The notes beneath the pieces were generated by a model, which ran no database searches, was not told the origin of the DNA, and saw nothing but the letters and a program-made list of their open reading frames with translations. From Vezdaea acicularis (lineage: Eukaryota), in NCBI GenBank assembly GCA_026025075.1, contig JAPEUI010000124.1, positions 1 through 46,113 on the forward strand: a DNA stretch of 46,113 bases, written 5' to 3'. The position numbers were made by a program, and so were the translations under genes. Positions 22,140-34,619 of this stretch are shown here, piece by piece. The first letter of the stretch is position 1; every line of letters starts with the position of its first letter.

Positions 22140-22714
22140 ATGAAAATGCCTCCGACCCTGTTTGGGCCATTCACGGTGACTTCACAGGTAACAGCCAAAC
22201 TCCCAAAAATATGACGCAATTGACAACTTTCCAGGTCTTCTTCCGAACGGCGCATTCATTCGCTTTTGTGAATTTAAAACCAATCCTTCCGGGTCATGTC
22301 CTCATCTCGCCAATTCGCGTTGTCCCTCGATTGCGTGACCTCTCTCCCAATGAGATTCTAGATCTTTTCCTCACGGTCCAAAAAGTTGGGAACATGGTTG
22401 AAAGAGTATTCAAAGGCAGCGCCCTTAATATAGCAACCCAAGATGGAGAAGCAGCGGGACAAAGCGTTAAGCATGTGCACGTTCACCTGATCCCAAGATC
22501 ATATGGAGACATGGACAAACGTGGCGGAGGCGACGCACTTTATGAGATGCTTGAGGGAGAAGAAGGTGATGTCGGAACACATCAGCGTGAATTGGGAAAG
22601 AGAAGAGAAGGTTCGTTTCCAAAAGTGGATGATACCGAACGAGCCCCAAGGTCGGAAGAGGAGATGCAAAAGGAGGCTGAATGGCTAGCCCGCGAGATGG
22701 AAACAGAAACTTGA
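22140..22714 (+). CDS. HNT2: Bis(5'-adenosyl)-triphosphatase, HIT family FHIT branch; exons 22140-22187, 22235-22714
   Basis: Spliced N-terminus MKMPPTLFGPFTVTSQ|VFFRT, VNLKPILPGHVL, QDGEAAGQSVKHVHVHLIPR (histidine triad), PRSEEEMQKEA. 47-nt intron gtaaca...ttgac...ccag. Start could also be 22146. Confidence 0.93.
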
Positions 22715-23268
22715 CAGCCTCGATGGCACAGACTCAAGCGACCCCGAGGTCTTGATCACTGCTCAGATGTTTCATTGATTATACGAGAGCAACGTGCAAC
22801 GGTTCATCGTCAGACAGGGATCAGCACGTCAAGTGATGGCCATTCAAAGTGGAAGAAGCAAAGTTATCTCAGACGGCTAAGGCTTGCAACATGGGAGATG
22901 CAATGTTTCGATCTTGTGCATGAAGAAAACTGGACAAATGGCAGGAAAGGTTCCATGCTCTTCCACAATTTCAATTGCCAAGGGTATAACCGCAGTTCTA
23001 AGTTCAATCAATCATACGATTCTCGTGCAAAGAGCAGGGTTGCATTGATAACAGCGCGGAAACAGACTTTCAGGACATAAGACGATCGTGAGAGCCATTT
23101 TGACACCACCTCTCTTCGATAAGCCACAGGGAGCGGGATGGGTTTCCAACTGCTGAATTATCAAAGTTTTCGGCAATTTGGTGGTCTTAAGTATGTACAT
23201 GCTTTCCCATTTCGGCGTAAAATACACCCGTATCAGATGTTTTTCTGATCCAAAATCATGAACGCATC

Positions 23269-24003
23269 CTATCTGCGGCCGAGGTTAGACAACCCTGCTC
23301 GATCACCAGTACTCATCATCCAAGCAGCTTCGCTCATGGAACTCCTGCGTCGCGGGATTGGTATTGGTTCTGACCTTGGGTATGGACATTTTCGACTTGA
23401 TATTTTGCAGGCGCGATTTGAGCCTCGCTGAGGCACTCCTGCTTTGCCGTTGACGAGCGTCTGTGGCCACCCTCCTCCCTCGTACGCGTTTCTAATATGA
23501 AGCCCACCAAGAAGGCTGACTTCCCAGCCGTCCCCAACTGGTATCCAATCTCCTGGCCTTAACTTTTTTCGGGACTCGTCAAGTCGACAGGTGCAATGAG
23601 CTAGGCACCAGAACTTCAATCGCGTTTCTGTAAGATAAACACAATCTGGTGGCTCATGCGGGTTTGCCCAGATGTAAGGCGGTTGGCCGACTGGGTCGCA
23701 TTGAAAATGGAAATTTCCAAGCTGGTTGCCATTATATGCGCATATGTCATGGAGATCAGAGAAGTCGTTTCGAGTCCAGCCAGGAGGCCAAGGGTTGTCC
23801 CAGTACGGCATCAAATTATCACAGTGAATATCTAGGAGGGGATTTTCTGCAGTCGGACTGTCTCCGGAAAGGTAGTCATCGTAATAGCCACCAAGTGAGC
23901 CCTCAGAGTAGTCACTGCTTCTTGAGTCTGAGTCTTGGGGTGTACCGTAGGCTTGGATGAAGAAGGCGAGAAAGACGAGGAGTTGAAGGATCTGCGACAG
24001 CAT
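23269..24003 (-). CDS. Small secreted cysteine-rich protein of unknown function (244 aa)
   Basis: ATG start, hydrophobic signal peptide MLSQILQLLVFLAFFIQAYG, nine Cys in the mature region; no recognised domain. Confidence 0.7.
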   Translation of the reverse strand: MLSQILQLLVFLAFFIQAYGTPQDSDSRSSDYSEGSLGGYYDDYLSGDSPTAENPLLDIHCDNLMPYWDNPWPPGWTRNDFSDLHDICAYNGNQLGNFHFQCDPVGQPPYIWANPHEPPDCVYLTETRLKFWCLAHCTCRLDESRKKLRPGDWIPVGDGWEVSLLGGLHIRNAYEGGGWPQTLVNGKAGVPQRGSNRACKISSRKCPYPRSEPIPIPRRRSSMSEAAWMMSTGDRAGLSNLGRR

Positions 24004-24886
24004 TGGATGAGTCGACTCCTTTCCATAGCAGTTAAAACTCTCTTTCTTTGAATAATATTACTGGAGATTCACGAAGGCAAAGGACTGGACGGCTTGAAGA
24101 AATATATGTGATCTGAACTAGAGATATAAAACACCTTCCCCACAAAAAATTGCTCAAAATATATGAAATGGTACATAGAACCACGACTGTCTATCTCAAA
24201 CGGCAGGCATTCTCATCCTACGCTGTCCCGTCTTTCGGTCCGTTGTGGACGACATGTATACCGGGTTCCGCATTTTTGGGATCATGGAATGAGCAAATCC
24301 TCGGAATGGCCCGTGTCTTCTTTCCCCCAGCTCTCGGACCCCGACAAGCGTCCGAGGAACTACTTGTGCGAGTTTTTGCTGGAACAAGTGACCAGGTGGA
24401 GGATGGTTGCGCGACTTTTGGAGACTTCACCATGCCCAAAACAGTGCCATCTTGTATATGGCAAGAACAGTATGTTGACACGCCACAGACACAGTGGGCC
24501 CTATTCATGGAACTCAAACCGAAAGAATTGGTCTAGAATGTCATTCATATGTTAAACCCCTGAATTGTGTACCATGATGGTCCCGGTCCTGCCAACTGAA
24601 CGGTAGGTCACGAGTCGAGCCTGATTGCAGAGTAAAAAGCATCCTCCCCATGATATGAAGGTGAGTGGAAACTATTAATCGAAGGCTGGAACTTTCCAGG
24701 CATGTAGTTAAAGCCAATGGCTTTTGTTTGTATCGCTTTCCAATTCAAAGTCTAGACGATCTGCCCATACACATAAACCTCGGTAGTCAATCAGCCACTG
24801 GCTCCTCCCCCTTCGCTTCGCTTAATCGGCCAAGTTTCCCATACGTAGCTAGAATTTGCGCTTTCCCGGAGTAACTTCCACGAGCT

Positions 24887-26543
24887 ATGGCGGACGCGAG
24901 GGACCCCGAAGATGATGTAGGTAACTCAATTGATTTAATAGATTTACAGGACTGATTCGTTAGATCTTTGAGAACCTTAGGCGGACTCAGACTCCCGAAC
25001 ATGCCAGGAAGCGTCAACAAGAGGCGGACGAAAGACTGCATGCTGAGGAGCAGAAAGCCCAAGAGAGATTAGCAGAGCTGGTACGTCTTCGGAATAATGA
25101 ATGAATTAAACTAACAGGAAAGATCGACCATAATTCAACGGCTCCTGTCACATTCTCTAGCATACGTATCCTAGGCGCAACTCATACTCGCCGCGGCTTT
25201 CTCGAGCGGATCTTCAACCCTCTCCTAAATGCAAATCAGGATCGACCTTACACACTTGCAGAAGCTCTGAAAGAGCTCTCGATCGGCGCTGGGAAGCTTG
25301 AAAGATTTGGTAAAGGGCCTGAAGACTGCTTTGAATCTACTAGACTAATGTCATAGACATTTTCCATCCCCCTGTGTCACTATATATCGACCTCCCGAAC
25401 AAAACAGACCCTTCTACAAGCCCAACCGACATTGATGTCTTTCTATCCGTTCGTGAGAAATCTCGATTGCTTCTTAAAACTGGCACCGATTTAGGCAACG
25501 CAGAAGGTTCTGCCTATGGTAACCTTCTATTGCGGAATGTGCTTGGTGGTGCCGAGTCCCTGAATCTTAACGCCTCCCTGGGAACGCGCACACGATCAGC
25601 ATACGCCCTGAGCTTCGAATCACCGATACTAAGTAATCCTGATATAAGATGGGAGATTGGAGGCCTTGCAAGTTCCACGCAGAAGGCCTGGTCAAGTCAT
25701 GAAGAGGTTCTAAAAGGCGGCTCCACAAAAATCAAATGGCTTTCTGGCATAAGCCAACACGAAGTCGGCTACTCAGGATTCTGGAGACAAGCGACTGGTC
25801 TAGCTAGCAATGCATCACCAACCGTTCGAGAAGACGCTGGTGACAGTGTGAAAAGTAGTATTACGCATGCCTGGACGCAAGACCAGAGAGATAACCCGTT
25901 GCTACCGTCTCGAGGATATTTTCTGAAGACATTTTCGGAGATTGCGGGTTGGGGTCCACTCAAGGGCGATGTAGCCTTTTGGAAGTCGGAGGCCGAAACA
26001 CAAACAGCTATACCGGTGCCAATACCAGGTTTCAAGAACAGCGGGATTACGTTCACAACTGGGCTTCGTGCAGGAATGATATATCCCCTTGCGCTTGCTG
26101 GCCAACAAGTCCAGCATTCTCGAATTAATGATCGCTTTCAACTCGGAGGCCCGACTGACGTGCGGGGCTTCCGGCTTTCTGGTCTCGGACCCCATGATGG
26201 GGCCGATGCTGTCGGTGGGGACGTCTACGCTGCTGGCAGTGCCAACATTCTCTTTCCACTACCACGGCTCGGCCCCGAGCGGCCTCTTAGACTTCAAGCA
26301 TTCGTCAATGGCGGCAGATTGCTCGCTCTACGTGATAAGGCGGGCGAAGACGTCTCGAAAAACGTCTATTCAACGGTTGCGGAACTTGGTAATGGGTTAC
26401 CCAGCTTAGCAGCTGGATTTGGGGTGGTGTATGCGCATCCAGTCGCGAGGTTTGAGCTGAACTTCTCGCTACCGCTAGTACTACGCAAAGGGGAGGAGGG
26501 TAGGAAAGGCCTGCAATTCGGGATTGGAATCAGCTTCTTGTGA
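24887..26543 (+). CDS. SAM50: Mitochondrial SAM complex beta-barrel subunit Sam50/Tob55 (Omp85 family); exons 24887-24916, 24964-25080, 25123-25309, 25357-26543
   Basis: POTRA segment (ILGATHTRRGFL), DQRDNPLLPSRG, DRFQLGGPTDVRGF, ARFELNFSLPL and terminal beta-signal GLQFGIGISFL; three frame-consistent introns. Confidence 0.93.
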
Positions 26544-26763
26544 ATATAATCTATACTTTGTAGAAATAAAAACGCATTCATCGGGCTGTCTGTGAGACTA
26601 ATGTGGCTGCCTAATCATCACGTGCATGGTCAGTGTCGTCGCGGCCAGATGGTCGCAAACTCAAAAAGTTGCCCGCGAAGCTCACCGAAATTTTGTCTCT
26701 AACAGCGCTCGTTCCTGAAGTCATCCCTTCAAAGCTCGAAACAATCCTATTTTCCTGGCCACT

Positions 26764-27791
26764 ATGGCCCAGTTCTATAGCCAGCAACAGAATCCCCCCT
26801 ATGGCGCCAACCCTGCTGCTCAGAACCTCCAATTCTTCCCTTCGACATATGGTGGTACCCCAGTCTCAGGCCACACGACCCCTTCCCAAGCTTCATATGG
26901 CGGCTATGGAGCTCCGCACGGGAGCGCAGCGAATGTATACGGCGGAGGTAACTTTGGGGGTGGTTTTGGTGGGGCATCAGGAGTCAGCGGCAGGATGGGA
27001 GAACAAGGGGGTTTGAGGACTGGGTGGTTGGCGGCTTTTGGGACAGAAGGATATGAGGGGGAGCCGCCGCTGTTGGAAGAGCTAGGTGTCAATTTCGGGC
27101 ATATAAAAGATAAGGTTGGTTTCCAAAAGAAAATCTTACTAGGGTTTAAGGCAGATTTGGGCTAATGGAAGTCATGGATAGACTCTCACAGTTCTGAATC
27201 CGCTGGCGAGGATAGACCAGCATCTTATGGATGATTCAGATATGGCTGGTCCTGCGCTATTCTTTGTGTTATTTGGGACATTTCTACTGTTTGTGAGTAT
27301 GACCGTGGGTCCCCAGCGCGGTTCCGGAAGTTGACAGTCCACAGTCTGGAAAGGTCCACTTCGGCTACATCTATGGTGTCGCGGCTCTTGGAATCCTTTC
27401 TCTACACTTCATCCTCTCACTCATGGCCCCGCCTCTCACAGCTTCATCAGGACCAGACCCACATTCACATCATGCGCCTCATTTCAATTCCACCCTTACC
27501 TTGCCTCGCTCGGCATCTGTCCTCGGCTATTGTCTCCTCCCACTAGTCCTTACCTCTCTCATCGGCGTCGTCTTCCCCATGGATGGCCTGGTTGGATACC
27601 TTCTCACATCCGCGGCGATCGTCTGGTGTACGTATAGCAGCTCTGCAATGTTTTGCGCCGTAGGGAGAATGACAGCGATGAGGGGTCTTGTCGCATACCC
27701 ACTGGCACTTTTCTATGTCGGATTCGGCATCATGAGCATCTTCTCAAGTAGGGGCAGTGGTACGCTGGCAGCGAGAACTGGCGGCGCGTAA
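26764..27791 (+). CDS. YIP1: Yip1 family ER-Golgi transport membrane protein; exons 26764-27114, 27182-27292, 27345-27791
   Basis: EPPLLEELGVNFGHIK|TLTVLNP, MDDSDMAGP, SGKVHFGYIYG, ASVLGYCLLPL, LVAYPLALFY motifs joined by two GT-AG introns. Confidence 0.93.
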
Positions 27792-28138
27792 AGAGTTATC
27801 AGAATATCGAGAGAGGTATGCTCAAGAGTATGGATGTATATACATATTGGTTTATAGGTGGCGTTCCTAGAGCGGTTTGTCCAGCCTTTCTCAAATTACG
27901 ACAAAGATCAAAGTTCAGAATGCTTCAAGTACTTATTACGGCACATACAAATCATCTCTGTGAAGGCTGCAAGGAAGATGTTGCGTATGAATTGATTCAC
28001 TGGATATCAATAACCTCTTTGCTTGCTACGAACGCCCAATGTTTAAGGAGTCTTGCTCTAGACACAAAACTTTACGCCATGCTCACCCCAATCCCATGAA
28101 TTCACTGTCGAGGTAGCGAAAAGTGAAATTACCTGAAA

Positions 28139-28871
28139 TTATGCCTCGACGAAATGGATATAGTGCCCCTTCACCTTGTCTTGACACTTCTGGCATCCAG
28201 CTCTATAACCCATCATCACCCGCTTTCTCGTTTCCTCCGGCGCTGACAGGGTGAGGCGATCTTCTCGAGAGACTCCAATAGCACAAGTGTGATGAATCTT
28301 CCCTTGATTTTCTTCGGCACTTAGAGCGAGCGGACCATGATGACTTGTGCCAGTAAACGCTCCGTGATTATGTTCAGCTCGTAAGCTATAGCCATAAGTC
28401 CTTCTGTCATTGTCGTATACCCTGGCCACTTCCTGCTGTGCGGGCCAAGCTCTGACGTCTGATCCTGTAGACGTTACTGAAGACGGTGATTCGCCGTCAG
28501 ACATATCGAGGTCTTCGTCTTCCTTTTCGTGACGCATGAAATTCATTGTGGTATTAGTCATGATACTGCCGGATACCTCATGGGAGGTCTGCACTGCATA
28601 CGAATTAGATGTCGAAGAGTCACAACTTGTCGGAGTGCTGGAGGATTGGAAGAGGGCTAGGGTATCCAGCTTTTGCTGGTCTGCGCCAAAGGAATCTTCA
28701 GCGGATGAAAGCTGGGATAACCGTAATGACAGGGAACAACGTTTCTATGATCGGGTTAATTATTTATTCGAGTCGACATGCCAAAGCCCTTGCCTTTTTG
28801 TTTGAGCTCCCTGTGCTTTCTAAATCAGCTTCATACTTTGAATAAGGCCTCTTGACAGCCAAATGAGTCAT
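28139..28871 (-). CDS. Fungal hypothetical protein with C-terminal MGYRxxCxKC...GHYxH motif; exons 28871-28794, 28744-28139
   Basis: ORF 28139..28594 stays open up to an acceptor at 28745 (ttaac...catag). A 49-nt GC-AG intron links it in frame to a 26-codon ATG exon (MTHLAVKRPYSKYEADL...NKK|KRCSLSLR). Confidence 0.7.
28863..28871. promoter_or_regulatory. Optimal Gcn4/CpcA response element ATGAGTCAT, ~650 bp upstream of the DAHP synthase start
   Basis: Exact match to ATGA(C/G)TCAT; fungal DAHP synthase genes are known cross-pathway-control targets. Function here is inferred. Confidence 0.45.
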
Positions 28872-29519
28872 TGATGCGGATATAGTAGAGTTGCTGTAGG
28901 GTTGAATAGGCAGAGGATGAGAGATATCAAAGGACCAGTGCAATATTCTTGGTGTAAAAGTAGGTCCGGGTGTGTCTGGATCAAGCCTTAGATCGAGAGC
29001 CTGTGAATGTTAACTGGGCGAGGCTACAGGTGAGAGCCCTCAACCCAGAGAGGATGACCTCCGGATATTATAACAATGAACGAGAGTGTTATGTAGAGTG
29101 CATGGGAAGCTACAAGCCACTCACTCGACTGGTCTCAATAGAAGCTCCTTCGGTAGGAATGAAGCGAAGGCAGTGTGCCTGACGGACCCGGCCGTGGCTG
29201 CTAGACCAGGATACAGCGGGCCCATGCAGCCAAATTAGGCATGAAGCTGTTCCTGGGTCTTTTAAGGTTCGACCTCGGCTAATCAATTGGCCCAAAATTT
29301 TTCTATCTAAAATGGTACGCCGCATACACCGACATTCCCCACGTCGCGTCACAAACCCCACAAAGCCACCGCCTTCAACGAACACTTTTGTGACGCATGC
29401 TAAATTACTTCCCCATTGTGTCCAAAAGTTCTATCAGGTTCGCGAGGTCTTGATCAATCCACTCAATCGAACACAAGCGTTGAGTCTCTCTGGCATAAAG
29501 AGCAATTCTTTTTGCTAAA

Positions 29520-30788
<1,269 letters not shown>

Positions 30789-31329
30789 GCGACGACACAT
30801 CCTCAGAGCAATGGTAACGGCGCGCTCAAACCCAACCATCCCCTTGAGGAATACCAAAAGGGGCTCAAGGCGCTGGAAGACATCAGCAAGCACAACCAGG
30901 AGAAGCTCATGGAAAGCGGAGAGGTCAATGGGTCTGCCAATACCTTCTGAAATACCGGCGTCTGTCGTTCAGTATACCCACCAGCTCTCCGCTCGACCAC
31001 ATCCTTCGGGATAGCCAATAGGCACCTTTAACACGTGCGTGAAGTCTCCAGTACCGAAAGACGCGGTACCTCGGTACCTCGTGTCTTGATATCATGCCGT
31101 CATGCATGAGTACTCGTATAGACCACACTCTTCCTCAAAAGCCCTTCACTAAGGCATGGAAAGCTTCTTTCGGAACACCCCTTCTATATGCACCACAATT
31201 ATAGACACCTAGGCGACGCGGGTGGCGTTCTAATAGTATAATACAAACTCCAGTCCCATGCAAAGAACTTCTCTATGTGAACGTGTCTCTCGCAGTCAAC
31301 CCTGCCCGCTACCCCTTGACCTTTTTACC

Positions 31330-32261
31330 TCACCGCCCCGTGACCCAGCTTGTCCAACTCCTCTTCCGCTCCCCCAGGTCCCGCGCGGCTTCCTCCCCTA
31401 TTCGGTCTGGCATGCCACCCTCCTTCGTATTTGTCAGCCGCGTGAACCCCGTCTCCTCTCTCTGCATCTCCTCCACCTGCCGCAGAATCCCAACCTTCGA
31501 CCCCCCCTCATCCTCCACTCCCTCCTCCCTTGCCACCAACCCACCTTCCACCGCACCCACGTCCTCACTCTTCAACCCCCCAACCAACCACTTCTTCGCC
31601 CTCTTGCCCCACCCGCCCTCCATCTCTCGCTCCCTCTCCGCCCGCTCCGCCTCAGCCCTAATCCCCTCCTTCTCCCGCTCACTAGCCAGAAACGCGAGCT
31701 GCAACTCACTCGCCCGGCCCTCCCTTTCCGCAATCTGCGCCTCGGCAAGCGTCCGCGAATGCAGCTCCGCTTGCTCCGCGAAGTATACGCGTCGCTTCTT
31801 GCGGTTGTAGAGGACCATGTCGGTGAGTGCGTAGACTGCTACAAGGCCCGACAGCGCTGTTATCACCACCCCCAAAAGTCAGCTTCAGCCATTCATCTGA
31901 CACATCGTGACCTCTCTATGCTACATCCAAGTATGATAAGAAGACAAGGGAGAAAAGACATACCCGTCAACCCAATCAACCCAAGCGCCACAGCGCGATG
32001 CGCCCGATCAGCCACAGCTCTACCCCTACCCACAATCCGATCGAACCCACTCACCCTCCCCGCCTTCTCCACATCGCGCGCTCGGCGCAGCCTTGCCACC
32101 TTCTGCGCTGGCGTCTCGCCACCCAGCGGTGCCGAATTCGAGGCATTGGGGCGGCCGGACGTTGATGCTGAAGGGGGAGGCCGCAAGGAAGAAGGAGAGG
32201 GGGCGTGTGCGTGTGGGCCTGTGGCCGTGAAGCGGGTGGCGTCGGGTAGGCTGCGGGACAT
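31330..32261 (-). CDS. COX14: Cytochrome c oxidase assembly factor, fungal Cox14-like; exons 32261-31964, 31856-31330
   Basis: MSRSLPDATRFTATGPHA, ETPAQKVARLR, GRAVADRAHR, one transmembrane segment across the intron (ALGLIGLT|ALSGLVAVYAL), YNRKKR, C-terminal EGGMPDRIG...SW. Confidence 0.78.
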
Positions 32262-32702
32262 CCTGTTTTGCGTAGTTGTAGAGGAGGAATTGAGAGGGCG
32301 GTGGAAGGGGTAATGGGAGCTCGGTGGTTGAGGTGCGGTGTCTTGAGTTAGTGGTGACGGGGTTGGAAAGTTTTTGGGAGCAGATGGTTACGTAAGCGAA
32401 GAGCGCGGAAGCGTAATTGGGTATCATGCTCTACTTCTGTCTCTTCTGACTTTAGTTTTCTGGCACACGGCATGTCAGGCGTCGGTTTTTGCATTACGTA
32501 CAGCCTTTGGGCATTTGACGGCGAGACGTTGTTTGTATGAATGGTATCCTATGTTACATCACACGTCGAAGGCGAGAACGGTCCCAGCGCTCTCGCAGAA
32601 AGAGACGACCACTATGCCCCGCTAACAAACGGACCCAACCCTGCTCGTCCCCATTATATGTTGTTCATTTATGCATCAGTGATCCCATGGGCAAGAGTCG
32701 CC

Positions 32703-34619
32703 TCAAGCGGCCTCCGTGACCCAGACCTCCATCCTCCCAACATCGAGCGAGCGCTTCCGGGCCTCCTTTTTGCACATGCTGACCGCTTCGTCCAGGTCGT
32801 CCTGGTCACCCATCGTGATCATATCGTCTTCGTCCTTTGTACGGATCTTGAAGGATTTGCGCAGCTCGAGCTTTTCCGCAACTCTGGATCGGAACTCAGA
32901 GTATGAGACCATGGTAGAGATCGTGAGCGTGCGTGTATCTTGAGCGTGCCGGATCTTGACGCGGATCTGATGTATGGTTAGCAAGAGAGTTTAGATTTTG
33001 GATTGATATGAATCAAGAAGTGCTGACGTACCTTCCGGACTTCTGGCCTCTTGCTCATCGCCCGACTCGTTCCCCTTGGCCTGCTGGTTGTCCTCTTGCG
33101 GTCGTACCCCTCGTCATCTCCTGACCCGTTGTCTCCACTGCCCCAGCTACTCTCGTCCCTCCCTTCATCCTCCTCCTCTACCTCCTCGATGCTCATTGGC
33201 CGACTCATCCTCGCATGTCGTTGGCCGCCCTTGCTCCCAGTACTAGTGATGCTCATTCGCCCAAAGTCGCTATCTACCCCTCGAGAAGCGTCCTCTTTCT
33301 CCTCTGGTCGAGGTGCTTGTAGGTTCCGCATAGCAGCTTCTCTGCTCTTGCTTCGTCGCTCGCCGAAAGACCGGGAGGAGGGGGTTCGGGGCTCGGATGC
33401 AGTTCGTGTCCTCGGAATGTGAGGCTTTTCCCAATCGTCATTCGGAGCTTGGACTTTCTCGAGGTTGCTGTTTAGTAGGTTGAGCGGTTTGGGCTTGTCT
33501 TTGAGGACAGGAGGGTTCGTCCGAGTTGCGCCATTGGATTGTGCCGGAGTAGCTTTCGCGTCTGCAACTGGCGGACGAGTGGCTGAACTGCTGCGTTGCT
33601 GCGGGGTCGGGTATGAGGGGGGAGGGGTCTTCTCTACTTCAGGAGGTGGCGTTGGTGGGAAGACTTGTCTGTGGAGCGGTGGTTCTGATTGCAGACGTCC
33701 ACCACGTGAGCGGAGGCGTGGGTCAACAAGATTAGTAGCTGCGTATGATATATTTTCTGCAGGCCGATCATCTCGCGCTATCGAATCAAGGAGATGATTT
33801 CTGCGCGCATCCGAGGACCCCGGAGCGGCAGACGCAACTAGGCGGGCCTTCCCAAGATAATCTTTGGATTTGAGATTCTTTACTTTCGCAGCATTGGGGC
33901 GGAAGACCGTGCCAACCTGGATAGAGAATACCATATAACCCTAAAGTGCAAGAAGCGTGAGAAAACTTCGTGGACATATTTGGAGAGTTGGATTTACCTC
34001 GGCTTCATCCTTGATAGCGTCGTCGATGGCATTGTGCCGTTCAATCTCCTTCTCCTTGTGAGCATACTGCAGATCGGTCATGCCTTGCTGCTTGAGTTGT
34101 AGATAGATATAACAAAGTCCTCGATTGAACAAAATCTCGCAAGAGTAGAGTTTGAATTTAAGGCCGAGTTGCTCATAGTCGATATATGTGTTTCCTCTCA
34201 AGTACAGGAGAGCGTCGTTGAAATTCGCGAGAGCTTCCTCAAATTCGGACATCAGAAAGTTGGAAACACCTTGTTGGAAGTACGCGACGGCGAGATATTG
34301 ATCATATTGAACAGCGCGTTGATAGCATTCAACCTGAATGTCCATTAGCATCGGTTGATGAGGTCCGAGCCCTTTTGAAGACCTACAGCCAACTTATGCG
34401 ATCCCAATGAGGCATGTATGACTCCGCAGTTGAAAAGTATTTTGGATGTGTCCGCAATCTTTTCGAAGGTCATCAACGCATCTTGGAATTCATTGTTGTC
34501 GTAGTAGGCAAGTGCTTGCACCCATGTCTCGATCTCCTGATAGCGCACCAGAATCAGTGTCTGGAAAAGATGGCGGAGAACGTCAAGGAGGGGGGGTGAC
34601 ATACCGCTTTCAAAGACAT
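32703..34619 (-). CDS. noxR: NADPH oxidase regulator NoxR (p67phox homolog); exons 34619-34605, 34536-34387, 34333-33998, 33940-33032, 32966-32703
   Basis: MSLKA|EIETWVQAL, TPR region (SKILFNCG, DQYLAVAYFQQGVSNF, IDYEQLGLKFKLYSCE), activation-domain-like KDYLGKARLVA, and C-terminal PB1 domain (IRVKI...DEDDMITMGDQDDLD). Confidence 0.95.

Noticed and set aside
29266..29280. GGTTCGA tRNA T-loop-like motif
   Set aside because: Flanks do not form a T-stem and no cloverleaf can be built.
29312..29518. ATG followed by gtacgc as a possible micro-exon start for DAHP synthase
   Set aside because: I found no convincing in-frame splice route to exon 1; the ATG at 29520 already gives a normal N-terminus.
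31258..32313. 351-aa plus-strand ORF
   Set aside because: Antisense to COX14; its Pro/Leu-rich composition mirrors the G-rich coding strand.
33936..33944. TAACCCTAA telomerase-template-like sequence
   Set aside because: Single copy at a noxR intron/exon junction, explained by the splice acceptor and codons.
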